A stretch of 39,888 bases of DNA. Source: Gemmatimonadaceae bacterium. GTDB lineage: Bacteria > Gemmatimonadota > Gemmatimonadetes > Gemmatimonadales > Gemmatimonadaceae. The notes under the pieces are model-generated. The model worked only from the letters and a program-made list of their open reading frames with translations, made no database searches and had not been told where the DNA came from. Below, one piece after another: positions 16,683 to 24,987 of this stretch (positions are counted from its first letter, which is position 1; each line of letters starts with the position of its first letter). The DNA lies in assembly GCA_040902005.1 (NCBI GenBank), contig JBBDYA010000029.1:1-39888 (forward strand), read 5' to 3'. Both the position numbers and the translations under genes were made by a program.

Positions 16683-16880
16683 ATGTTCGCAGCCATCGCG
16701 CGCCTGTTCGTCCTGCGTCCCTTTCTCTCGCTGGCGATCCTGGGCATTCCGGTGATCATCCTGGTCGCCGTCGGACTGATCACGATCATGGCGGTCAAGG
16801 TCCTAATCTTCGTGGTGCTGCCGATCGTGTTGATCGTGTGGGTGCTGCGCAAGGTGTTCGGCTCGAGCGACCCGACGTAA
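16683..16880 (+). CDS. Small hydrophobic membrane protein (65 aa)
   Basis: GGAG RBS, ATG 16683, two predicted TM segments. Confidence 0.72.
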   Translation: MFAAIARLFVLRPFLSLAILGIPVIILVAVGLITIMAVKVLIFVVLPIVLIVWVLRKVFGSSDPT

Positions 16881-16886
16881 CGCGCG

Positions 16887-16948
16887 ATTGGTACTATGAT
16901 CGCGCCGGCCGGAACATCTCGCAGCCAGCCTGGTTTTTCAGAGCTTCA
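16887..16948. repeat. Single-arm remnant of the MITE-like family
   Basis: ATTGGTACTATGATCGCGCCGGCCGGAACATCTCGC...TTTTTCAGAGCTTCA followed by TTAG, which overlaps the HD-GYP gene stop. Confidence 0.8.
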
Positions 16949-18946
16949 TTAGATGATGGAGCGGGTGGGCGTCAGGCGGCGATCGGTCTTGATCGCCGAC
17001 ACCACCTCGAAGACCCGCGCCTCGATGAACGCCTTCAGCAGCTCTTCGTCGAGCATCCCCTCCTTCGCCTCCATCGACAGGATGTCGAGCGCCCGCTCGT
17101 GCGGTACCGCGCGCTTGTATGGACGGTCCGTCGCGGTGAGCGCGTCGAAGATGTCCGCGATGGTCATCATGCGGGCCTGCACGGGGATGTCGACCGCGTT
17201 CACGCGCCTTGGGTAGCCGCGGCCGTTCAGCTTCTCGTGGTGGGCGTACGCGATGTCCGGGATGCCGCGCAGGTCGCGCGTCCACGGAATCTGCTCGAGA
17301 AACCGGAACGTGTGCGTGACGTGTGACTCGATCTCCCGGCGCTCGGTGTCGTCCAGATTCCCCTTGCGGATCATGAGAAAGCGCAACTCGGCCTCGCGCA
17401 GCAGCGGCCGCTCCACGCCGTCGAAGTCGATGTACGTCCGCTGGTTGATGTCGTGCAGTTCCTCGAACGATCCTTCGGGGAGCACCGTGGGCTCGTTGGC
17501 GCGCACGATGTGGTCGAGGAACACCTGGAGCTCCTCGCGGCGCGTGCGCCTGATCTCGTTCAGCCGCGCCGACGCTTCGGCGTAGTTCTTCTCGCCGTGC
17601 AGCGCCAGGTAGTTGGCCCGCTCGCGCTCGTACTGGAGATCCGCGGACTGCAGGAGATAGGCGAACCGATGCCGGATGATGTCCAGGTCCGAGCTATAGA
17701 GCTTCTTCTGCTTCACCAGCACCTGCTCGCGCACGCCCACCTTGCCGAAGTCGTGCAGCAGCCCCGCGTACCGGATCTCCTTCAATTGCGCGGCGCTGAA
17801 CTTGACCCCCTTGTAGCTCCCCTCGCCGCCGCGGTCCACCGCCCGGGCCAGTTCCTCCGTGAGCGTCGCCACCCGTTCCGAGTGGCCGGACGTGGTGGGA
17901 TCCCGGGACTCGATCGCCTTCACCGACGCCTTCACGAAGCTCTCGAACAGCTCCTCGATCGACTCGTACAGCTTGCTGTTCTCGATCGCCACCGCGGCCT
18001 GCGACGCCAGCGCGTTCACCAGCTCCACGGATCGGTTGTCGAAGGGAATGACTTCGCGCTCCACGATTTCCGGGGAGCTCAGCATCACGTCCGCGCTCTT
18101 CTTTCGATTGATGAGCTGGAGGACGCCGATGACCTCGTCCTTGTGCGTGCGCATCGGCAGCACGAGCATGGACTTCGTGCGGTAGCCGAACTTCTCGTCG
18201 AAGCTGCGGTTCTGCTTGTACGTCACGTCCTCCGGCAGGAGGTAGACGTCGGCGATGACCAGCGGCTGCGCCGTCGCGGCGACGTAACCGGAGAGACTGC
18301 CGTGGTCCACCGCGACGGTGAACTCGGAGAAGGGCAGGTTGGGCAGCGAGAAGTTCTGCGACAGCTTGAACCGCAGCTGCTTCGGCGGCCCGTCGTCATC
18401 CGACCGTTCGGCCAGGTACAGTGAGCCGGCGTCGCTGTTCGTGATGCGCCGCGCCTGGCTCAGGATCATCTCCAGCAGCTTGGTCAGGTCGCGTTCGTGC
18501 GACAGCGCGACGCCCACGCGCGTGAGCTCCGTGAGCTCCTGGTACCGCTGCTTTTCCTGTTCCTTCGCGTTGCGTTCCGCGACCAGGGACGCGGCGTGAC
18601 GGAACGCGCCGCGCAGCTGCGTGATGACGGCCCCCACGGGTGCGTCGCCCGGGATGAAGCTCGTGAGCAGGTCCGCCGGGAAGTCGTCTCCGGGCGACAG
18701 CTCGCCGGCCTCGCCAATCCCCACCAGCGCGGCCAATGCCGCGATCTCCTCCAGCGTTTCCCGGACGCCGGCGGCGGACTGGAGCATGCCTCGGTCGAGC
18801 GCCACCACGATCGGTCGCCGTTCACCAGAGAGATTGCTCGCGGTGGGGATCGACGGGATGTGGCGCACCTCGACATCGTCCTCGCGGCGGCCCAGCGGGG
18901 CGGACGAAATGGTCCGGCCGATTGAAACGAGCAGGAGGGGCTTCAT
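16949..18946 (-). CDS. GAF + HD-GYP cyclic dinucleotide phosphodiesterase
   Basis: GAF (GYRTKSMLVLPM, IGVLQLIN), TSGHSERV, LLHDFGK, HHEKLNGRGYP, IADIFDALT..RPYK. Start at ATG 18946 downstream of the terminator. Confidence 0.92.
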   Translation of the reverse strand: MKPLLLVSIGRTISSAPLGRREDDVEVRHIPSIPTASNLSGERRPIVVALDRGMLQSAAGVRETLEEIAALAALVGIGEAGELSPGDDFPADLLTSFIPGDAPVGAVITQLRGAFRHAASLVAERNAKEQEKQRYQELTELTRVGVALSHERDLTKLLEMILSQARRITNSDAGSLYLAERSDDDGPPKQLRFKLSQNFSLPNLPFSEFTVAVDHGSLSGYVAATAQPLVIADVYLLPEDVTYKQNRSFDEKFGYRTKSMLVLPMRTHKDEVIGVLQLINRKKSADVMLSSPEIVEREVIPFDNRSVELVNALASQAAVAIENSKLYESIEELFESFVKASVKAIESRDPTTSGHSERVATLTEELARAVDRGGEGSYKGVKFSAAQLKEIRYAGLLHDFGKVGVREQVLVKQKKLYSSDLDIIRHRFAYLLQSADLQYERERANYLALHGEKNYAEASARLNEIRRTRREELQVFLDHIVRANEPTVLPEGSFEELHDINQRTYIDFDGVERPLLREAELRFLMIRKGNLDDTERREIESHVTHTFRFLEQIPWTRDLRGIPDIAYAHHEKLNGRGYPRRVNAVDIPVQARMMTIADIFDALTATDRPYKRAVPHERALDILSMEAKEGMLDEELLKAFIEARVFEVVSAIKTDRRLTPTRSII

Positions 18947-18971
18947 CGCCTTGAGTATCGGTCGAGAAATG

Positions 18972-19006
18972 AAAAACGCCGGCGGACCGACTGGTCCGCC
19001 GGCGTT
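18972..19006 (-). terminator. Rho-independent terminator of the MBL/CsgG-like unit
   Basis: AACGCCGGCGGACC-GACT-GGTCCGCCGGCGTT with a T run on the minus strand. Confidence 0.8.
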
Positions 19007-19011
19007 CAATA

Positions 19012-19027
19012 TGTGACCTACATCACT
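19012..19027. promoter_or_regulatory. CRP-like box upstream of the HD-GYP gene
   Basis: TGTGA-CCTACA-TCACT (9/10 consensus). Confidence 0.55.
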
Positions 19028-19865
19028 ATCGGCGCGAGAGGTTGCTGATCTTGTTCTGCGCCGGCGTGTACTCCGGGAACTTCGCAACTACCTGACGATA
19101 GAGTTCCACCGCCGCCGTGCGATTGCCAGCGTCTTCCTGCTCCAGCGCCTTGGAGTAGAGCATGGCCGTGCGGATGTCCATCTTCACCGGCTTCCTGGCC
19201 TCTGCCACCTGCGTGGCGGGCCTCGCCTCGGCAGGCCGGGCTGCCGGCCTCGCGGCTGGCGCTGCTTCGGCTGCCTGGGCTTGCTGTGCCGGCGCTGCGG
19301 CAACGGCGGCCGCTGGCGTGCCCGCGGGCGTCGCTGCGGCGGCCCCTGCCTGCCCAACCTGAAGGGCTGGCAGCTTCATGTCCGTGTTGAGCTTCGTCGA
19401 GAGCTGGGCGATGAGGCCCAGCACGTCGTCTCCCTTGGAGGTGAGGCGGACTGGATTCGTGATACCGCTGGTCTCCACGTTGATCGCGCGGGCCGTGAGC
19501 ACGTACGTGCCGCGGCCGTCGCTCATGAAGCCGCCGGTGATCATGTACTGGGCGCCGATGATCTTGCCGAGGCGGATGGCCGTCTGCGGGTCGATGGTAC
19601 CGGCCTTGGTGAGGTTCTGCTCCGTCAGGAGCGCCTGGATCTGCTCACGCTCTACCACGCGGATGGTGGGGTTGGACGCCATGTCCGTGATGAGCATGTC
19701 GGCGATGCCCCTGCCGACGCCCTCGAAGTCCGCGCGGTCGCGGCCGATCGAGTTATTGTCAAAATACAGGACCGCGATGACCGGCCTGGCCTGCGCTTCC
19801 ACCATGGCGGGCGCGAAGACGGCTACCGACGCGAGTGCAAGTACCGAACGAACGAAACCTCTCAT
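19026..19865 (-). CDS. CsgG/HfaB/FlgO-like secreted protein with C-terminal TPR-like motif
   Basis: Signal peptide, IAVLYFDN, IRVVEREQIQALLTEQ, AIRLGKIIGAQYMITG, Ala/Pro linker. Confidence 0.85.
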   Translation of the reverse strand: MRGFVRSVLALASVAVFAPAMVEAQARPVIAVLYFDNNSIGRDRADFEGVGRGIADMLITDMASNPTIRVVEREQIQALLTEQNLTKAGTIDPQTAIRLGKIIGAQYMITGGFMSDGRGTYVLTARAINVETSGITNPVRLTSKGDDVLGLIAQLSTKLNTDMKLPALQVGQAGAAAATPAGTPAAAVAAAPAQQAQAAEAAPAARPAARPAEARPATQVAEARKPVKMDIRTAMLYSKALEQEDAGNRTAAVELYRQVVAKFPEYTPAQNKISNLSRR

Positions 19866-19876
19866 AAATCCCCCTC

Positions 19877-20752
19877 TCAGACTGTTAACGTCATGCCTTC
19901 AGCGGCCGCTTCGATTTCCAGATTGGCGCCGCGATCCTTCACCAGTTCACGACACATTTCGATGCGAGTGTCCAATTCTTCGTCCGTGCGCTCGGGCTTG
20001 TGGTGAAAGAGCACCAGCTGCTCCACCCCGGCCTCGATCGCCAGCACGATCGCCTCGTCGTATGTCGAATGTCCCCAGCCGCGGTGGTGATCGTACTCCT
20101 CCGCGGTATACGTAGCGTCGTGGATCAACACCTTTGCTCCCGACACCCACTCCACCAGCTTGCTTCGCCATCCCACCGGCGTTTCGTACTTGCCGCCGGA
20201 CCCGAGTTCGTTGTCCGAGATGTACACCAGCGGTCGCGCATCGGACGACGTTTCCGAAAACCGGTACCCCAGGGCGCCCCCCGGGTGCCGTACCGGAAAC
20301 GCGGAGACCTCAAACCCGGGCCGAAGCTCGTGCTTCTGGTCCGAGATCGCCGAGAAGTCAATGGTGGCGTCCAGCTCCTCGAACGTGACCGGAAATACCA
20401 CGGGATTCATCTGATCCCGCACCACCCGATCGATGTTCGTCTCGAGACTGTGACTCCCCCAGATCGTGAAGTGATTCCCGCGCTGAAACATCGGACCGAA
20501 GAACGGGATGCCCTGGATGTGGTCCCAATGTGCGTGCGTGAGAAAAATGTCGCCCTTGATCGGCGCTCCGTTCGCCCGGCCCAACAACGAGCGGCCAAGC
20601 TCCCGCAGCCCCGTGCCTGCGTCGAGGATGATCAGCCAGCCGTCCGGCGTGCGCAGCTCCACGCATGGCGTGTTGCCGCCGTAACGCACGGTCTGGGCTC
20701 CCGGGCTCGGAATGGATCCGCGAGTGCCCCAGAACTGGACGCGGAGGCTCAT
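19877..20752 (-). CDS. MBL-fold metallo-hydrolase (PhnP/RNase Z-like), possible cyclic-nucleotide phosphodiesterase
   Basis: WGTRGS, YGGNTPCVE, LDAGTG, THAHWDHIQG, HPGG, SDNE, HDATY, WGHS, FHH. Confidence 0.9.
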   Translation of the reverse strand: MSLRVQFWGTRGSIPSPGAQTVRYGGNTPCVELRTPDGWLIILDAGTGLRELGRSLLGRANGAPIKGDIFLTHAHWDHIQGIPFFGPMFQRGNHFTIWGSHSLETNIDRVVRDQMNPVVFPVTFEELDATIDFSAISDQKHELRPGFEVSAFPVRHPGGALGYRFSETSSDARPLVYISDNELGSGGKYETPVGWRSKLVEWVSGAKVLIHDATYTAEEYDHHRGWGHSTYDEAIVLAIEAGVEQLVLFHHKPERTDEELDTRIEMCRELVKDRGANLEIEAAAEGMTLTV

Positions 20753-20800
20753 CGAGCCCCGTTGTCAACGATAAACAAGATGCCGCTCATGACCGGCGGA

Positions 20801-20843
20801 ATGCTAGGCAAACTGTCACCGGGCGCCCGTGACCTTGGTCACG
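20801..20843 (-). promoter_or_regulatory. CRP-like box plus -10 element (class II geometry) for the MBL/CsgG-like operon
   Basis: CGTGA-CCTTGG-TCACG at 20828-20843. -10 TAGCAT at 20806-20801 gives +1 ~20794 and box centre at -41.5. Confidence 0.7.
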
Positions 20844-20857
20844 CTTGTAAGTAATTC

Positions 20858-21577
20858 TCATTCGCGCACTTGCGCCCGCTGCTCGAGGGACTGCCGGCTG
20901 CCGACGGAGATGCGCCGGCGATCCACGTTGATCCAGCCCGCGTCCTGGAATTCCTTCATCGCGCGGGACACGGTTTCGCGGCTGGCGCCGATCATCTGCG
21001 CGATCGTCTGGTGCGTGAGCGACTTCTCGATCTGGTCGGAGCCGCTTTCCTCCGACAGGTCCAGCAGGAGGCGGGCGATGCGGCCCGGTACGTCGAGGAG
21101 GACCAGGCCACCGATCTTGTCGTCGGCGCGGCGCAGCCGCCGCGAGAGTTCCGCCAGGAGCGACCAGGCAACAGCCGGGCTCGACTCCACGCGCTTTCGG
21201 AAGTCCTCGCGTCGCAGAACGATCAGGGAGGAATCCTCCATGGCGATCACGTGCGCCGAGCGCGGCTGCTCGTCGATGAGCGCCAGCTCGCCGAAATGCT
21301 GTCCCACACCCAGCACGCCCAGGATCACCTCGCGCCCGTCCTCGCCGATGAGAACGACCTTCACCCGTCCCGACCGCACGATGAAAAGCGAGTCGCCGGG
21401 GTCGTTCTCGAACAGGATCACGCTGCCGCGCGGATAGGATCGCTCGCGCGTAAGCTCGGCAAAGCTGCTCAGCTCGTCCGGGCTCAGACCACTGAACAGC
21501 GGTACCGTGCCGAGGAAATCGACAGTCGTGGTGGTCAAATGAGTTGGGACGGAGCAGGCCCGCCGGGTTGGCGGCAT
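20858..21577 (-). CDS. Crp/Fnr family transcriptional regulator
   Basis: cNMP pocket FGELALIDEQPRSA and HTH IAQMIGASRETVSR. Start uncertain (21613, 21577 or TTG 21538). Confidence 0.93.
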   Translation of the reverse strand: MPPTRRACSVPTHLTTTTVDFLGTVPLFSGLSPDELSSFAELTRERSYPRGSVILFENDPGDSLFIVRSGRVKVVLIGEDGREVILGVLGVGQHFGELALIDEQPRSAHVIAMEDSSLIVLRREDFRKRVESSPAVAWSLLAELSRRLRRADDKIGGLVLLDVPGRIARLLLDLSEESGSDQIEKSLTHQTIAQMIGASRETVSRAMKEFQDAGWINVDRRRISVGSRQSLEQRAQVRE

Positions 21578-21740
21578 GAGGCGGGCAATACCTCTCACCG
21601 CGAGCGTCGTCACCAGCGGAGCGGTCGCCGAAGTTACCCCCGGGGCGGCCCAGTGTCAAACGGCCAAGCCCTTGTCGGGTTGTTTGTTAGGGCCGTGGGG
21701 CGGTATATTCCATGGCTAATTTCCGAACATCGAGAGTCAA

Positions 21741-21944
21741 ATGAAAACCGCCATCCATCCCGAATACCATACCGCGAACGTGAAGTGCGCCTGTGGCAAC
21801 AGCTTCCAGACGCGCTCCACCCAGTCGGAGATCCATACGGACATCTGCAACCAGTGCCATCCCTTCTACACCGGCAAGCAGAAGCTGATTGACACGGCCG
21901 GACGCGTGGAGCGCTTCCGGCAGAAGTACGGGAAGGAGAGCTGA
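21741..21944 (+). CDS. rpmE: 50S ribosomal protein L31 (zinc-binding type)
   Basis: [30 protein letters not shown]. Confidence 0.97.
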   Translation: MKTAIHPEYHTANVKCACGNSFQTRSTQSEIHTDICNQCHPFYTGKQKLIDTAGRVERFRQKYGKES

Positions 21945-23005
21945 GTCTCCGCGATCGACTGGATGACGCGCTCGCGCGCGCTCGCGAAGTCGAAGCGGCG
22001 CTTTCTGATCCCCGGACAGTCAAGGACGCTCGGCGACTCGCTGAGATGGGTCGCGAACACAGCCGGCTGATTCCCATTGTGGAACTCGCCACGCGACTTC
22101 AGAAGGACGAGAGCGAGCTCGCGCAGGTGCGCGAGCTCGTTCTCGTTGACGACCCCGACATGGCCACCGAGGCGCGTCGGGAGATCGAGCGCCTGGAGCG
22201 CTCCATGGAGCAGCTCCAGGAGCGTCTCCAGCCGCTCCTGATTCCCCATGATCCGCTCGACGAGCGCAACGCGATCGTCGAGATCCGCGCCGGCACCGGG
22301 GGCGATGAAGCGGCGCTCTTTGCCGCCGACCTGCACCGGATGTACGTCCGCTTTATCGAGCGGAAGCGCTGGAAGATCGAGGTCATGTCCATGTCACCCG
22401 GCACGCTCGGTGGCCTCAAGGAGGCCGTGTTCAAGGTCTGCCATGCGGGGTCGTTCGGGGTGCTGCGCTGGGAATCGGGCGTGCATCGCGTGCAGCGCGT
22501 GCCGGCCACCGAGAACCAGGGGCGCATCCACACCTCGGCGGCAACCGTCGCCGTGCTGCCGGAAGCCGAAGAGGTGGACGTTTCGATCGATGAGAAGGAA
22601 CTTCGGGTGGACGTCTTTCGCGCCTCGGGCCCCGGCGGCCAGGGGGTGAACACCACGGACTCCGCCGTACGCATCACGCACCTTCCCACCGGCATCGTGA
22701 TCAGCCAGCAGGACCAGCGCTCGCAGATCCAGAATCGCGCGAAGGCGATGGACATCCTCCGCGCGCGCCTGCTCGACCTCCGGCTTTCGGAACGCGAGGC
22801 GGAGCGATCGCGCATGCGCAAGACGCAGGTGGGCACGGGCGACCGCTCCGCCAAGATCCGCACGTACAACTATCCGCAGAGCCGGGTGACGGACCACCGG
22901 ATCGGCTTTTCCACGCACAATCTCGGCGGCGTGATGGACGGCGACATCGAGCCCCTCATCGACGCGCTCAAGATGGCGGACGTGGAGGAACGGCTGCATG
23001 GCTAG
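21941..23005 (+). CDS. prfA: Peptide chain release factor 1
   Basis: [24 protein letters not shown] (PxT), [13 protein letters not shown]. Frame is open and PrfA-like back to CTG 21941; first ATG is at 22046. Confidence 0.95.
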   Translation: MSLRDRLDDALARAREVEAALSDPRTVKDARRLAEMGREHSRLIPIVELATRLQKDESELAQVRELVLVDDPDMATEARREIERLERSMEQLQERLQPLLIPHDPLDERNAIVEIRAGTGGDEAALFAADLHRMYVRFIERKRWKIEVMSMSPGTLGGLKEAVFKVCHAGSFGVLRWESGVHRVQRVPATENQGRIHTSAATVAVLPEAEEVDVSIDEKELRVDVFRASGPGGQGVNTTDSAVRITHLPTGIVISQQDQRSQIQNRAKAMDILRARLLDLRLSEREAERSRMRKTQVGTGDRSAKIRTYNYPQSRVTDHRIGFSTHNLGGVMDGDIEPLIDALKMADVEERLHG

Positions 23006-23897
23006 TGCCCGGCCGCCGCAGCGCGGCGGGTGGGCTCTCGGCGTCGCGCAGACCGTGGAGAACCTGGTCGACGACGTCGCGCGCCGACTCGGAACGCCCC
23101 CGGACTCCGTTCCCGAGGCGCGGGATCTCATCGCGGCGCTGCTCGACGTGCCCAGGCACTGGCCGTTGCTGAGGGAGAACAAGTGGGTGGACTCGTCGGT
23201 GTGGCAGCGCGCCTGTGCCGCGGCCGACGCGCGCGCGCGCGGCGCGCCGCTGGCGTACGCGGTGGGCCAGGCCAGCTTCCGGGCGTTGACTCTGGTGGTG
23301 GATGGACGCGTCCTGATTCCGCGCCCCGAAACCGAATTGCTCGTGGACCTGGTACTGGAGCGGTGCGCGCCCGGCGGGGTGGCGGTGGACGTGGGGACGG
23401 GTTCCGGCGCGATTGCGCTGTCGCTCGCACTGGAAGGGAGGTTCGACCGGATCGTCGCCACGGATCTCTCGCTCGACGCGCTGGAGGTGGCCCGCGAGAA
23501 TGCGCGGCGGCTGGCCCCGGGCGCGGTCGAATTCCTCCACGGCGACCTGCTGCGGCCGGTGGCCGGCGGTGGACTGCGTGCGGTCGTCTCCAATCCGCCC
23601 TACGTGAGCTACGACGAGATTGCGGCTCTGCCGGGGTCGGTGCGGGACTGGGAGCCGCCGGTCGCGCTGTTCAGTGGTCGCCATGGACTGGACGCCACGG
23701 CGCGCCTCGTGCGGCAGGCGGGCGGCGCGCTGGAGCCGGGCGGGTTGTTGGCGCTCGAGGTGGATGCGACGCGCGCGTCGCTGGTGGCGGAACTGGTCGC
23801 ATCGGATGCGCGATTCGACGAGGTTACTGTGAAGCTGGATCTTGCCGGGCGCGAGCGGTTCGTGCTGGCCCGGCGTGTACCCGAGGACAGAACATGA
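22998..23897 (+). CDS. prmC: Release factor N5-glutamine methyltransferase
   Basis: VLIPRPETE, DVGTGSGAIA, SNPPY; follows prfA. Confidence 0.95.
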   Translation: MASARPPQRGGWALGVAQTVENLVDDVARRLGTPPDSVPEARDLIAALLDVPRHWPLLRENKWVDSSVWQRACAAADARARGAPLAYAVGQASFRALTLVVDGRVLIPRPETELLVDLVLERCAPGGVAVDVGTGSGAIALSLALEGRFDRIVATDLSLDALEVARENARRLAPGAVEFLHGDLLRPVAGGGLRAVVSNPPYVSYDEIAALPGSVRDWEPPVALFSGRHGLDATARLVRQAGGALEPGGLLALEVDATRASLVAELVASDARFDEVTVKLDLAGRERFVLARRVPEDRT

Positions 23898-24247
23898 TCG
23901 AGGAGAAAGCCCGTGATCTCGGCCGGCTGCTGGGCCAGAGCAAGGAATACCAGGAGCTGAAGCGCGCGAACGATGCGCTCCGGGACGACACCGCGGCCGT
24001 GGCAATCCTGCGACAGATGGAGCAGCTTCGGGGGCAGGCTCAGGAGATGATCCAGCGTGGGGAACGTCCCACGCCGGAGATGGAGCGCCAGCTGGACGAA
24101 CTGCTCCAGCAGGTGCAGGTGCAGACGGCGTATCAGCGACTCATCTCGGCGCAGGAGAACTTCGACAAGATCATGTCGCGTGTGAACGAGTGGATTCTCG
24201 ACGGGATGGACAAGGGCGCCGCCAGCCCGATCATCATGCTCGGCTAG
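23894..24247 (+). CDS. YlbF/YmcA-family helical protein
   Basis: MIEEKARDLGRLLGQSKEYQELKRA...AQENFDKIMSRVNEWI. ATGA overlap with prmC. Confidence 0.75.
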   Translation: MIEEKARDLGRLLGQSKEYQELKRANDALRDDTAAVAILRQMEQLRGQAQEMIQRGERPTPEMERQLDELLQQVQVQTAYQRLISAQENFDKIMSRVNEWILDGMDKGAASPIIMLG

Positions 24248-24255
24248 CTCCGGCG

Positions 24256-24897
24256 TTGCCACTCATCGTCTTCGAGGGTCCCGAGGGCGCCGGCAAGACG
24301 ACACAGGTCCGGAAGCTCGCCGTACGCATGGAGGCCGCCGGACGGACGGTCGTCGCCGTCCGGGAGCCCGGCGGCACGCCGCTGGGCGACGAGATCCGCC
24401 GCCTGCTGCTGGACCCCCGGTCCGACATCGTGCCGCGCGCGGAGGGCCTCCTGTTCATGGCGTCGCGCGCCCAGCTCGTGGAGCGCGAGATCGTTCCCGC
24501 GCTCGCCGCCGGCGCCACGGTGCTGCTCGACAGGTTCTTCCTGTCCACCTACGCCTACCAGGTGGCCGGGCGCGGTTTGCCACACGACGAGGTCGACGCG
24601 GCGAACCGCTTGGCCACCGCGCACTTGCGCCCCGATCTCACGCTGCTGCTCACGCTGCCGGTGGCGGATGGATTGACGCGGGCGGCGAGCCGAGGTCCCA
24701 ACGACCGGATGGAGCAGGCCGAGACGGCGTTCCACGAGCGCGTGGCGCGCGCGTTCGCCGACTTCGCGACTCCGGCGTGGCAATCGGCGCATCCGGAGGC
24801 GGGACCGATCGTCATCGTGGATGCGCGGGGGACGGTCGAGGAGGTGTTCGCGCGCGTGGTTACCGCAGTGGAGCGGCAGGCCGCGGTCCGTTCATAG
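24256..24897 (+). CDS. tmk: Thymidylate kinase
   Basis: FEGPEGAGKTTQ, REPGGT, LDRFFLSTYAYQ, PDLT. TTG start inferred. Confidence 0.95.
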   Translation: MPLIVFEGPEGAGKTTQVRKLAVRMEAAGRTVVAVREPGGTPLGDEIRRLLLDPRSDIVPRAEGLLFMASRAQLVEREIVPALAAGATVLLDRFFLSTYAYQVAGRGLPHDEVDAANRLATAHLRPDLTLLLTLPVADGLTRAASRGPNDRMEQAETAFHERVARAFADFATPAWQSAHPEAGPIVIVDARGTVEEVFARVVTAVERQAAVRS

Positions 24898-24987
24898 GGT
24901 CCGCAATCTGCACTGGTGTATCGTTCCGGCAGCTCGCGGGCTGTCGGCTTTCGGTTTTTCGGGTCTCACGTTCAGGTCTGGTGTATT

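Noticed and set aside
21599..21614. Weak CRP-like box CGCGA-N6-TCACC upstream of crp
   Set aside because: Only 7/10 with a core mismatch in GC-rich DNA, and no matching -10 identified.
21944..22046. Programmed frameshift or pseudogene in the release factor
   Set aside because: The frame is continuous and the PxT motif identifies RF1, not RF2; a non-canonical start explains it better.
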